Positions 30,097-39,225 of a DNA stretch of 64,000 nucleotides are shown piece after piece. A model generated the notes under the pieces. That model searched no databases. It was not told where the DNA came from and was given only the letters and a program-made list of their open reading frames with translations. A program made the position numbers and the translations under genes. The stretch comes from Terracoccus sp. (GTDB lineage: Bacteria; Actinomycetota; Actinomycetes; Actinomycetales; Dermatophilaceae), in contig JBDTVJ010000002.1 in the NCBI GenBank assembly GCA_040007275.1, positions 749-64,748 of the forward strand. Reading direction: 5' to 3'. Position 1 is the first letter of the stretch, and the number at the start of each line of letters is the position of its first letter.

Positions 30097-30532
30097 CTGA
30101 CGATCACACGCCGAATCGCCCGGTCCGGGTTCACCCTGACCCGGGACTACCGCGTTCGCCTCGAGCGTGTCTGGGACGCGTTCGCCCAGGAGCACCAGAA
30201 GCTGAGCTGGTGGGGCGCCGGCGACACCAGTGAGCCCGGCGAGTGGACGTTCGACTTCCGCGTCGGCGGACGCGACGTCGCCGAGGGCAACCTTTCACGA
30301 CGGTCCGGTCTCGCGGTACGAGGCAACGTATGCGGACATCATCGCGCACGTCCGCATTGTCACGACGTACACCATGCGGCTTGACGGGGTCCACAGGTCG
30401 ACGCCGGTGGCGTCGCTCGAGTTCGAGCCGATCGAGGAGGGCACCCGGTTCACACACGTGGAGCACGGCGTCTTCCTCGACCAGTTCTGGGCCGACGGGT
30501 CGTGGCGCCATGGTCGCGTCGAATGTGAGTGA
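30097..30532 (+). pseudogene. SRPBCC/AHSA1 domain protein, frameshifted
   Basis: FTLTRDY..VWDAF..FDFRVGGR / Y..I....RIV.TY..GTRFTH.E; start codon lost; typical ArsR-DHFR-SRPBCC operon. Confidence 0.8.
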
Positions 30533-30800
30533 CCGAACGGGGCTCCGCGCGCCTCTTGTGGGCCTCGTGTCGTCGAAGACGGCGCTGCGGCAGCGCTGGC
30601 CCAGGAGCAGTCGCCGCTATGCACGCCATGCCCGAGAGCCTTTCTCCCGGTCTCGATGACGACAACGGGGTCTTTGTCGCCCGCGTGTTCAGGGACCAAA
30701 CGGCATCCCTGGCGAAAGCAGGAAAGGGCTGAGCAAACCGCTGATGGCGAACGTGAGAGCCGTCCGGACGATGGCTACGACGGCGTCGAACAGGGAGTGC

Positions 30801-31298
30801 TCACGTGCCGGCGTTCGTGAGTGGCGGCGGCGCGGTGGTGCCGTGGATGACCAGTACGGGACAGGTCGCATGCTCGGTGCACGCCGCGCTGACCGACCCG
30901 AGCAGTAGGCCGGCGAACCCGCCGTGACCGCGGCTGCCCACGACGAGCATCCGGGCGTCACCGCTGAGCTCGAGCAGGACTTGGGCGGTGTTGCCCTGCA
31001 ACACGCGGGCGTCGATGCCGGCCGGCGGCTCGTCACCGAAAACGGTGTGCAACGCCACGTCGAGCGTTTGACGCGAGACTGCGTCCGGGTCCCATGCGGA
31101 AGGGGGTGAGCCCCACCCGTCGCCGACGAGGCCCACGAGACCCAGGGTCGCGGTGTTCTGCCAGGCGCTGACGACCGTCAAGGTGCCGCCGGTCGCGGAG
31201 GCCATGAACGCGCCCCAACGCAGCGCGCTCAGGCTCGGTTCGGAGCCGTCCACACCGACGACGACTCCCCCGGGCCCGGGCGGGGTCGCGGTGCTCAT
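30801..31298 (-). CDS. Universal stress protein
   Basis: VVVGVDGSEPS; VVGSRGHGGFAGLLLGSVS..HATCPVLV. Confidence 0.93.
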   Translation of the reverse strand: MSTATPPGPGGVVVGVDGSEPSLSALRWGAFMASATGGTLTVVSAWQNTATLGLVGLVGDGWGSPPSAWDPDAVSRQTLDVALHTVFGDEPPAGIDARVLQGNTAQVLLELSGDARMLVVGSRGHGGFAGLLLGSVSAACTEHATCPVLVIHGTTAPPPLTNAGT

Positions 31299-31735
31299 GC
31301 CGGAACCATGAAGGCGCCGGCGGAGGCGCGGCCTCGGCCGTCCGCGCGACGCGGGAGCACGCCGATGCCGCGCTTCCGGGTGCAGTCGTTGAGCGTGCGA
31401 ACGAGGTGGTGCACCGAAAGCAGCTCGGAGCGTTGTGCGAGGTTCACGACGACCGGGGCCGCGTCGCGGGAGGTGAAGTGGCGGGAGACCCGGACCCTGC
31501 CCAGCGCCGGGTCGTCGGCAACGAAACCGCGACCACAGCGGTGGCCCGACCGGCTCAGGACCGTCGTGAGGCAGGGCGGGAGGGGGAGCTCAGCCGGGGC
31601 GGGGGTGGGTCCTGAAGCTGGCACGGGCACTCCTGAAAGTTTCGGCGTTCGGTCCGGCCCGCAGCGGAAGCCCTTGGCGCCCGCCGGCGGACGGGCGAGC
31701 ACCTGCGGTCTGGTTGTTTGCTCAGCGATGATCAC
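31295..31735 (-). CDS. Hypothetical protein
   Basis: Stop overlaps the USP start (ATGA); start uncertain. Confidence 0.35.
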   Translation of the reverse strand: MIIAEQTTRPQVLARPPAGAKGFRCGPDRTPKLSGVPVPASGPTPAPAELPLPPCLTTVLSRSGHRCGRGFVADDPALGRVRVSRHFTSRDAAPVVVNLAQRSELLSVHHLVRTLNDCTRKRGIGVLPRRADGRGRASAGAFMVPA

Positions 31736-31761
31736 CCTAGAACGCCGACGGGCACCGGCAT

Positions 31762-31777
31762 AGGGTCATTCGTCCCT
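31762..31777. promoter_or_regulatory. DosR/DevR-like box
   Basis: AGGGACGAATGACCCT on the minus strand fits GGGAC-N4-G-N-CCC; upstream of the USP locus. Confidence 0.5.
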
Positions 31778-32109
31778 CCCGTCGGTGCTGCCACCACCGG
31801 TGCCCGCGACGGATGAGGTGGCGGCCACGCATGACCCCTCCCCCCGGCGACGGACCAGGGGTGCGGGGTGCCGGCCGTGCGGGCGTCTCTCCGTGCGGGG
31901 ACAGGGTTCGCACCTCCGGCACCCGCAGGCCCTCGGTCAAGACGTTCCTGCCCTCTCGCGACCCGAACGGCAGGCTGTGTGTCGCAGGCCTCCCATCGCC
32001 GTGCTGCTGGCCGTGACCGCACCTCGGCACTACTGTCGTGATGCGGGCTATGGCTGCCCAGTTGCGTAGCCAACTACCCGGCCCGTTGAGGGGACAGGTG
32101 AGAACTCAC

Positions 32110-33372
32110 GTGGTCAGGCGTCAGCTGCCCAAGCCGAATGAGGTCTTCGAACTCGTGCAGTTCAAGAGACCCGAGCTCAACCTCAAGAAGCGCCGCCTGG
32201 ATGCCGCGCTGACCACGTATGACCTGCGCCGCATAGCGAAGCGACGCACCCCGCGGGCCGCTTTCGACTACACCGACGGGGCCGCGGAGGCAGAGCTGTC
32301 GATGCGCCGGTCCCGCGAGGCCTTCGAAGACATCGAGTGGCACCCCGACATCCTCACACCCGCCCGCCACGTCGATGCCTCCACCACCATCCTCGGCGCC
32401 CCCAGCGCCCTGCCCTTCGGCATCGCCCCCACCGGCTTCACCCGCCTCATGCACACCGAGGGCGAGATCGCCGGCGCCACCGCCGCCGGGCGGGCCGGCA
32501 TCCCCTTCAGCCTTTCCACCCTGGGCACGACGTCGATCGAGGACGTCAAGGCCGCCAACCCCCACGGCCGCAACTGGTTCCAGCTCTACGTCATGCGCGA
32601 TCGCGAGATCTCCTACAACCTTGTCCACCGCGCCGCGGCCGCTGGCTTCGACACCCTCATGTTCACCGTCGACGCTCCCGTCGCCGGATACCGCATCCGC
32701 GATGTGCGCAACGGTTTCTCCATCCCACCGGCGCTCACCCTGCGCACCGTCGTCGACGCCATCCCCCGCCCCTGGTGGTGGATCGACTTCCTCACCACCC
32801 CCAAGCTCGAGTTCGCCTCGCTGTCTGCCACCGGCGGCACCGTGGGCGAGCTGCTGAACTCCGCGATGGACCCCACCATCTCCTACGACGACCTGAGCAT
32901 CGTCCGCGACATGTGGCCCGGCAAGATCGTCGTCAAGGGCGTGCAGACCGTCGGTGACGCCGTCAAGCTCATCGACCTCGGCGTCGACGGCGTCGTGCTG
33001 TCCAACCACGGCGGACGCCAGCTCGACCGCGCCCCGGTGCCCTTCCATCTCCTACCCCAGGTGGTGCGCGAGGTGGGCCACCACGCCACGATCATGGTCG
33101 ACACCGGCATCATGAACGGCGCCGACATCGTCGCCGCCGTCGCGCTGGGCGCCAAGTTCACCCTCGTGGGGCGCGCCTACCTCTACGGCCTCATGGCCGG
33201 CGGCCAAGAGGGCGTCGAACGCATGATCACCATTCTGCGCAGCGAGATCCACCGCACCATGGCCTTGCTCGGCGTCTCCACCCTCGATGAGCTGCAGCCC
33301 CGCCACGTCACCCAGCTCAGCCGAATGACAGCGCTGTCACCAACCACCATCCTGCAACGCGATAGCAGCTGA
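32110..33372 (+). CDS. lldD: FMN-dependent alpha-hydroxy acid oxidase / L-lactate dehydrogenase
   Basis: [38 protein letters not shown]. Confidence 0.9.
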   Translation: MVRRQLPKPNEVFELVQFKRPELNLKKRRLDAALTTYDLRRIAKRRTPRAAFDYTDGAAEAELSMRRSREAFEDIEWHPDILTPARHVDASTTILGAPSALPFGIAPTGFTRLMHTEGEIAGATAAGRAGIPFSLSTLGTTSIEDVKAANPHGRNWFQLYVMRDREISYNLVHRAAAAGFDTLMFTVDAPVAGYRIRDVRNGFSIPPALTLRTVVDAIPRPWWWIDFLTTPKLEFASLSATGGTVGELLNSAMDPTISYDDLSIVRDMWPGKIVVKGVQTVGDAVKLIDLGVDGVVLSNHGGRQLDRAPVPFHLLPQVVREVGHHATIMVDTGIMNGADIVAAVALGAKFTLVGRAYLYGLMAGGQEGVERMITILRSEIHRTMALLGVSTLDELQPRHVTQLSRMTALSPTTILQRDSS

Positions 33373-33579
33373 AGCACAGGTTCGCGCCCTAGCGTTGCGG
33401 CCGGCATCCACGGCATCCACGGCGTGCCGGACGTGCTCACGAGCGCCGACCCGAAGGAGGAAGTGCTCACCTTCGTCAACGCCGACGGCCGCGAGCTGTG
33501 AGCTGTGAGCTGTGAGGCGGCAACGCGCAGGGCGACCGTGTCAGACACAGCCGCTCTGGCGGCGTCGAGAGCAAGCGCG

Positions 33580-34386
33580 TCAGGAGCCGCCCGCGAGCGT
33601 GCCCGCGAAGATCTGCCACGCCAGCGCGGACTTGGCCACGAAGCTGAGAATGATGTAGAGCCGCTCGCCCACGAGGTAGTCACGGAACCTGCCGACCGGC
33701 TTGTACTGCAGCACCTGCACGACGGCGAAGACATTGAACAGGAGGAAGAGCGAGACGATGATCGCGTAGACGAACCCGGGCGCCGACGCGTTGGACGTCG
33801 ACCCGGGAGCCACGACGTAGATCAGCACGGCGACCCAGGGCACGGCCCCGGCCAGGCAACCGAACGCGAACGGCAGCCAGCCACCGTCACCGGGCTGGTG
33901 ATACTTCTCCTGCAGCCAGCCGAAGAGGATCATCGAAGCGTTCACTCCGAACAGCGCAACGAGAGCGGCGATGTCGCTGATGCCGAGGAGCAACGCGATG
34001 ATCACGATCATGAGCGAGCTCGACAACGAGTACTCCACCCACCGGAAGGTGTTGTGATGCTGCGCCAGCCCCCTCCGGTAGCGGTCGAACATCTGAGGTG
34101 CGCTGACGATCAGGTGGAACAGCGACGACAGGAACAGGAACAGCGCGATGGCTGTCGCGACCGGAAGGTCGAACACGGTGACCTGTTCGCCCGGCGTTCC
34201 CGGCGGACCGGCCAGGTAGGTGCCGGTCACCGGCAACGTGAAGCCGTTGGACAGCACCAGTACCGCCACGCCGCTCACGAAGTGCAGCAGAGCGGCACCC
34301 AGGTTGAGCCGCCGCAGCGACGTCGCACGGTCATCAGGGATGTCGATCTGTTGGGATGGTGCGCTAGTGCCGGTAGCCGGAGACAT
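33580..34386 (-). CDS. heR: Heliorhodopsin
   Basis: LRRLN..LLH; LFH; RWVEYSLSS counterion motif; FGWLQE; E..YIILSFVAKSALAWQ with the retinal lysine. Confidence 0.93.
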   Translation of the reverse strand: MSPATGTSAPSQQIDIPDDRATSLRRLNLGAALLHFVSGVAVLVLSNGFTLPVTGTYLAGPPGTPGEQVTVFDLPVATAIALFLFLSSLFHLIVSAPQMFDRYRRGLAQHHNTFRWVEYSLSSSLMIVIIALLLGISDIAALVALFGVNASMILFGWLQEKYHQPGDGGWLPFAFGCLAGAVPWVAVLIYVVAPGSTSNASAPGFVYAIIVSLFLLFNVFAVVQVLQYKPVGRFRDYLVGERLYIILSFVAKSALAWQIFAGTLAGGS

Positions 34387-34791
34387 GTCGGGCCTTTCAT
34401 TCGCGATGGTTCACAGTCGGTAGCGACCACAGGCGGTCTCCGAGGAGCCCGCGCGCCCAGCCTACGTTCGGGGGCACCCGCCGTGCAGCCAGCGGCCGCA
34501 CGAGCACCCCTGCCATTGCCACCGCGTCCCGCGAACCGGGCCCTCTACATCGAGAGGTTCACCGACCTCAGCCTGTTGTGCGGCGGGCTTGGCGCGTCTG
34601 GTCCGCCCGGTGGTACTTCGGGCTTCCCGATGGCCACGGCTCGTCACCGCCCTCCCCCTGCAGGTCGATCCTCGCTCCACGCAATCTCACCCCCGACCCG
34701 ACCACGCTGGATCGGGCCCCCGGTGGCAGCATGAGTCATCCGGAAGGCCCTGCGTGACCAGAGGCGACCAACGAACGGGTACGGGAGACGT

Positions 34792-35880
34792 ATGTGGCAG
34801 AAGCGTGAAGACACGATCGTGCACGAGGCAGAGCCCTACAACGCCGAGCCGTCTCGGGCCGCCCTCGCCGGCGCGATGATCACGCCGATCGACACCTTCT
34901 ACAGTCGCAACCACGGGCCTATACCGACCATCGACCCGCACCGGTGGCGGCTGCGCGTCGACGGGCTGGTCGAGCGTTCGCTCGAGATCGACCTCGCCGA
35001 CCTCAAGGCGGAGTTCAAGCCGCGCGAGGTCGTGGCGACGCTCCAGTGCGCCGGTGCTCGCCGCGCCGCCTTCCTCGCGATCCGCGACATTCCCGGCGAG
35101 GCGCCCTGGGGTCCGTGTGCCACCTCGACGGCGCGTTGGACCGGGGTCTCCCTGGGTGACGTGCTGACCGCAGCCGGACTGCAGGATGCCGCTGAGCACC
35201 TGGCGTTCGAGGCGCCCGATCTCTCGCACCACCCGGCTCCCGCCCAGCCCTACGGCAGCTCGATCACGCGCCGCAAGGCCACCAGCCCGGAGGTGCTGCT
35301 CGCCTGGGGCATGAACGGTGAGTCGTTGCCGGCCGTGCACGGGGGCCCGGTCAGGGTGGTGGTCCCCGGCTGGATCGGTGCCCGAAGCGTCAAGTGGGTC
35401 GAACAGATCACGGCTCGGCGCGACCCGTCGCAGAACTACTTCCAGCAGACCGCGTACCGGTTGCTGCCGGCCGACGCCGACCCCGAGGGCGCTGACCTCG
35501 ACACGATGCCCATGCTCAGCTCGGTGGCTCTCAACTCCGACGTGCTCGTTCCGTCGCCGGGCAGCACGGTCTCTGCGGGCCGAGTCGACGTCAGCGGATA
35601 CGCCTACGCCGGCGACGATCGTGCCGTCGTTCGGGTCGATGTCTCCCTCGACCGCGGGCAGACTTGGCGGCAGGCCGAGCTCGAGCAGAACGCCGGTGAC
35701 TGGGCCTGGTGCCGGTGGCACACAAGACTCGAGGCCGAGCCGGGATCCCTGACCATCACGGTTCGCGCCTGGGACAGCACCGGAGCAGCGCAGCCGGACT
35801 CCGTTGCAGCCCTGTGGAACCCGAAGGGCTACATCAACAACGCCTGGAGCCACACCACCGTCGACGTTGCCCCACGGTGA
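34792..35880 (+). CDS. Sulfite oxidase-family molybdoenzyme
   Basis: FYSRNHG, LQCAG, HGGPVRVVVPGWIGARSVKW, WNPKGY. Confidence 0.92.
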   Translation: MWQKREDTIVHEAEPYNAEPSRAALAGAMITPIDTFYSRNHGPIPTIDPHRWRLRVDGLVERSLEIDLADLKAEFKPREVVATLQCAGARRAAFLAIRDIPGEAPWGPCATSTARWTGVSLGDVLTAAGLQDAAEHLAFEAPDLSHHPAPAQPYGSSITRRKATSPEVLLAWGMNGESLPAVHGGPVRVVVPGWIGARSVKWVEQITARRDPSQNYFQQTAYRLLPADADPEGADLDTMPMLSSVALNSDVLVPSPGSTVSAGRVDVSGYAYAGDDRAVVRVDVSLDRGQTWRQAELEQNAGDWAWCRWHTRLEAEPGSLTITVRAWDSTGAAQPDSVAALWNPKGYINNAWSHTTVDVAPR

Positions 35881-35889
35881 GAGGAGGCC

Positions 35890-36453
35890 GTCGAGGCCAC
35901 TGCTGGTTCATCAGGGATCGACGGTCTTCGACACCGCGAGGGCCTCGCGAACCTCGCCGAGGTGGTATCGCATGGCGTCCCGAGCGCCGAGGCCATCGTC
36001 GCCAGCACGTCGGCGAAGACCGGGTTGCCGGAGGCCTGGGCGATCGTCACGTGGAAGGAGGCGTCGAGGCGGGTTCAGATGACCTCGTCGGCCTCCTCGG
36101 CCATCCGATCGACCGGGCCCAATGGAGGGCCTCGAGCTTGCGCTCGGTGCGCGGCAGCGCCGCCAACCCGGCGGCCGGGCTCTCGATGCCGGGCCGGGCC
36201 TCCATCAGATGCGCCGACGAATACCCCTCGAACATCAGGTCGGACGCGTGGGTGCCCACGACGAACGGGCCCTTCCCTCCGCGCGTGACGGTCAGGCCGA
36301 GGGCTTCACAGGAGCGCAGCACTTCGCGCACGACGCTGCGGCTGACGGTGTACTGAGTGGCCAGGCCCGCCTCCGACGGCAAACGCTCGCCGAGTTGACG
36401 CCTGAGTCGATGGCCTCGCGCAGGTCGCCCAACGTGTAGTCGACGGCACTCAT
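35890..36453 (-). pseudogene. FadR/GntR-family regulator, frameshifted
   Basis: GERLPSE..LA..Y.VSRSVVRE.L and DASFH..IA.ASGN in different frames, with an internal stop. Confidence 0.8.
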
Positions 36454-36640
36454 CCGCTGGCCCAGCACCGGGCCCGAAGCCCATCGGTCTGTCGGTTTCG
36501 TAGGAGCTCGCGCTCTGATCTCGGTGGCGACGCGTCAGGGCGGGGGTTCCCTCGTCCTCTCGGCAGAACCACCGACCGGACGCCGGAGCGCCGGAACCGT
36601 GCGTTCCTCTTGCCAAAGTTTAAATCGACCGCAATCATTC

Positions 36641-36679
36641 GTTGTTGTCGCAATCCGACATGTCTGACAACCCGACAGG
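36641..36679. promoter_or_regulatory. Candidate FadR/GntR operator (TGTCG..CGACA, TGTCTGACA)
   Basis: Repeated TGTC/GACA palindromes between the divergent regulator and permease. Confidence 0.5.
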
Positions 36680-36761
36680 CTCCAACGCAGACGGCTCGCC
36701 GAGGCTTCCAGCGTGGAGGTTCACGAGGTTCCCATCCATTCGCCGACGCGAGGGTAGACCG

Positions 36762-38318
36762 ATGACCGACACCACCACCAAAGAAACGCCGCACCACAAC
36801 CTCGACGCCGAACAGGCCGGCTACCAGCAGACCCTCAGCCGTCGCCATGTGCAGATGATCGCCATCGGCGGCGCCATCGGAACCGGGCTCTTCCTCGGTT
36901 CAGCGTCGCGCCTCAACAGCACTGGCCCCGCGCTCCTGCTCAGCTACGCGTTCGTCGGCGTCATCGCCTACCTACTGATGCGCGCCCTCGGCGAGCTCGT
37001 GCTGCACCGGCCGACCTCCGGCGCCTTCGTCTCCTACATGCGAGAGTTCTTCGGCGAACGGGCGGCCTACATCACGGGATGGATGTACTGGCTCAACTGG
37101 GCTCTGACCGGTATTGCCGAGCTGTCGGCCGTCGGCCTCTACGTGCAGTTCTGGTACCCCCTCATGCCGACCTGGGCCACCGTACTCATCGCGTTGGCCG
37201 TCGTTCTCGTCATCAACCTGCTGTCGGCGCGCGCCTTCGGGGAGTTCGAGTTCTGGGCCGCCATCGCCAAGGTCGGGGCCATCATCGTGTTCCTCTGCGT
37301 CGGCATCGTCGTCGTGGTCTTCAGCATCAGCATCGGCACGCACCAGGCCGGCTTCAGCAACCTGTGGAGCAACCCGGGCGGTTTCTGGCCGGCGAGCGGC
37401 GACTACAACTGGTACGGCCCGATCCTGGTCATGTCAGGTGTCGTCTTCGCTTACGCCGCCATCGAGATGGTCGGCGTCGCGGCCGGTGAGATGCAGGACT
37501 CCGAGACCGAGGTTCCCAAGGCCGTCAACGCCGTCGTCTTCCGCATCGGCGTCTTCTACTGCGGCTCGATCCTGCTGCTCGTCTGCATGCTGCCGACCAC
37601 CGAGTACAAGGCCGGCATCAGCCCCTTCGTCACCGTCTTCGAACGAATGGGCCTGAACTGGATGGGCAACATCATCCAAGTGGTGCTCATCATCGCCGCC
37701 ATGTCGAGCCTCAACTCGGGGCTCTACTCCACCGGGCGGGTGCTGCGCAGCCTCGGGGTCTCCAAGCAGGCGCCGGCGTTCACCCTCAAGATGAGCAAGT
37801 CGGGGGTCCCGTGGGCGGGCATCGTGATGACCTCGGTGATCTACGTGTTCGGGGCCCTGCTGAACGCCCTCGACCCGGGCGCGTTCGAGACTGCCCTCGA
37901 GGCGGCCGCCATTGGCGTCATCTTCACCTGGGCGACCATCTTCCTGTGCCAGCTGCGGCTTCGTTCGCTGGTCAACCGGGGCGTCATTCGACAGAGCAAG
38001 TTCCAGATGCCCGGCCACCCCTACACCAGCCTTGCGGGTCTCGTGTTCCTCGCGCTCGTGCTCGTCGGGATGACCATCTCGGGCTGGCAGTCATCGCCCT
38101 ACTTCTGGCACAAGACGAACTTCCTCGTGGTGGTCATCGGCATCCCGATCATCGCCGTGCTGCTCGCCATCGGCTGGTTCGTGGTCAAGCCAAAGGTCGT
38201 GGCCAACACCGGCAACCAGCTGAAGGCGGTGTGGTCGAACGACGGGCCGACGACCTACGACGATCCCAGCGCTGACAAGCGAGACGACCGGGGCGACCGT
38301 GACCCGAGTGTCGTCTAG
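36762..38318 (+). CDS. APC-family amino acid permease (AnsP/AroP-like)
   Basis: LSRRHVQMIAIGGAIGTGLFLG, FGEFEFW, SSLNSGLY. Confidence 0.93.
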   Translation: MTDTTTKETPHHNLDAEQAGYQQTLSRRHVQMIAIGGAIGTGLFLGSASRLNSTGPALLLSYAFVGVIAYLLMRALGELVLHRPTSGAFVSYMREFFGERAAYITGWMYWLNWALTGIAELSAVGLYVQFWYPLMPTWATVLIALAVVLVINLLSARAFGEFEFWAAIAKVGAIIVFLCVGIVVVVFSISIGTHQAGFSNLWSNPGGFWPASGDYNWYGPILVMSGVVFAYAAIEMVGVAAGEMQDSETEVPKAVNAVVFRIGVFYCGSILLLVCMLPTTEYKAGISPFVTVFERMGLNWMGNIIQVVLIIAAMSSLNSGLYSTGRVLRSLGVSKQAPAFTLKMSKSGVPWAGIVMTSVIYVFGALLNALDPGAFETALEAAAIGVIFTWATIFLCQLRLRSLVNRGVIRQSKFQMPGHPYTSLAGLVFLALVLVGMTISGWQSSPYFWHKTNFLVVVIGIPIIAVLLAIGWFVVKPKVVANTGNQLKAVWSNDGPTTYDDPSADKRDDRGDRDPSVV

Positions 38319-38340
38319 GCCCAGTGGACGATTCGAGAGG

Positions 38341-39183
38341 ATGAGCATGCGCACCTTCAGTCGAACGGCCCTCTGCGTCTTCGCAGCCCTCACCGCCGCC
38401 TTGCTCGGCGCCTGCTCGTCGGGCACCCCGGCGACGTCGGTCACAGCGGGTGACGCCGCCAACGCCAAGCTCACGATCGGCATCTCCTTCGACCAACCCG
38501 GCCTGGGGTTGAAGACGGGCAACTCCTACAGCGGCTTCGACGTCGACACCGCCATCTACGTCGCCAAGGAGCTGGGGGTGGACCCGGATGCGATTGCCTG
38601 GCGCGTCGCCGATCCCGCCGACCGTGAGAACCTGCTCATCAACGGTGACGTCGACCTGGTGCTCTCGACCTACTCGATCACCCCCGAGCGCCAGCAAAAG
38701 GTCGACTTCGCCGGGCCGTACTTCACGGCGCATCAGGACCTGCTGATCCGACGCAACGACGTGTCGATCACCGGTCCCGACACGCTGGACGGCAAGAAGC
38801 TCTGCTCGGTGACCGGAACGACGTCGGCCGAGCTGATCAAGAAGAAGTACCTCGGAAAGATCGATCTCCTGCCGCTCAGCAAGTTCTCCGACTGCGTGAC
38901 CGCACTGGCGAACGGTAACGTCGACGCCGTGTCCACCGACGACGTCATCCTCGCCGGGTTCGCCGCCCAGCCGCAGTACAAGGGCCTGCTCAAGGTCGTC
39001 GGTCAGGGCTTCTCAACCGAGAGCTACGGGGTTGGCATCAAGAAGGGCGACACCGCAATGGTCACCAAGGTCAACGCCGCCCTGAAGAAGTACATCGACG
39101 ACGGGTCGTGGAAGAAAGCGCTCGAGTCGACCGTCGGACCCTCCGGCTACCGAATCCCTGACCCACCGTCCCCCAGCAGCTGA
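38341..39183 (+). CDS. Glutamate/polar amino acid-binding lipoprotein (GluB-like)
   Basis: Lipobox LGAC; FDQPGLG, TYSITPER, DFAGPY, CSVTGTTS, TDDVIL. Confidence 0.9.
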   Translation: MSMRTFSRTALCVFAALTAALLGACSSGTPATSVTAGDAANAKLTIGISFDQPGLGLKTGNSYSGFDVDTAIYVAKELGVDPDAIAWRVADPADRENLLINGDVDLVLSTYSITPERQQKVDFAGPYFTAHQDLLIRRNDVSITGPDTLDGKKLCSVTGTTSAELIKKKYLGKIDLLPLSKFSDCVTALANGNVDAVSTDDVILAGFAAQPQYKGLLKVVGQGFSTESYGVGIKKGDTAMVTKVNAALKKYIDDGSWKKALESTVGPSGYRIPDPPSPSS

Positions 39184-39225
39184 GCGGGCCCCACGTGGCC
39201 GGGCGGCGTGGGGACGCATGACACG

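Noticed and set aside
33380-33520. Short peptide GIHGIHGVPDV...REL with micro-repeats
   Set aside because: No clear start or RBS; an unassignable gene remnant.
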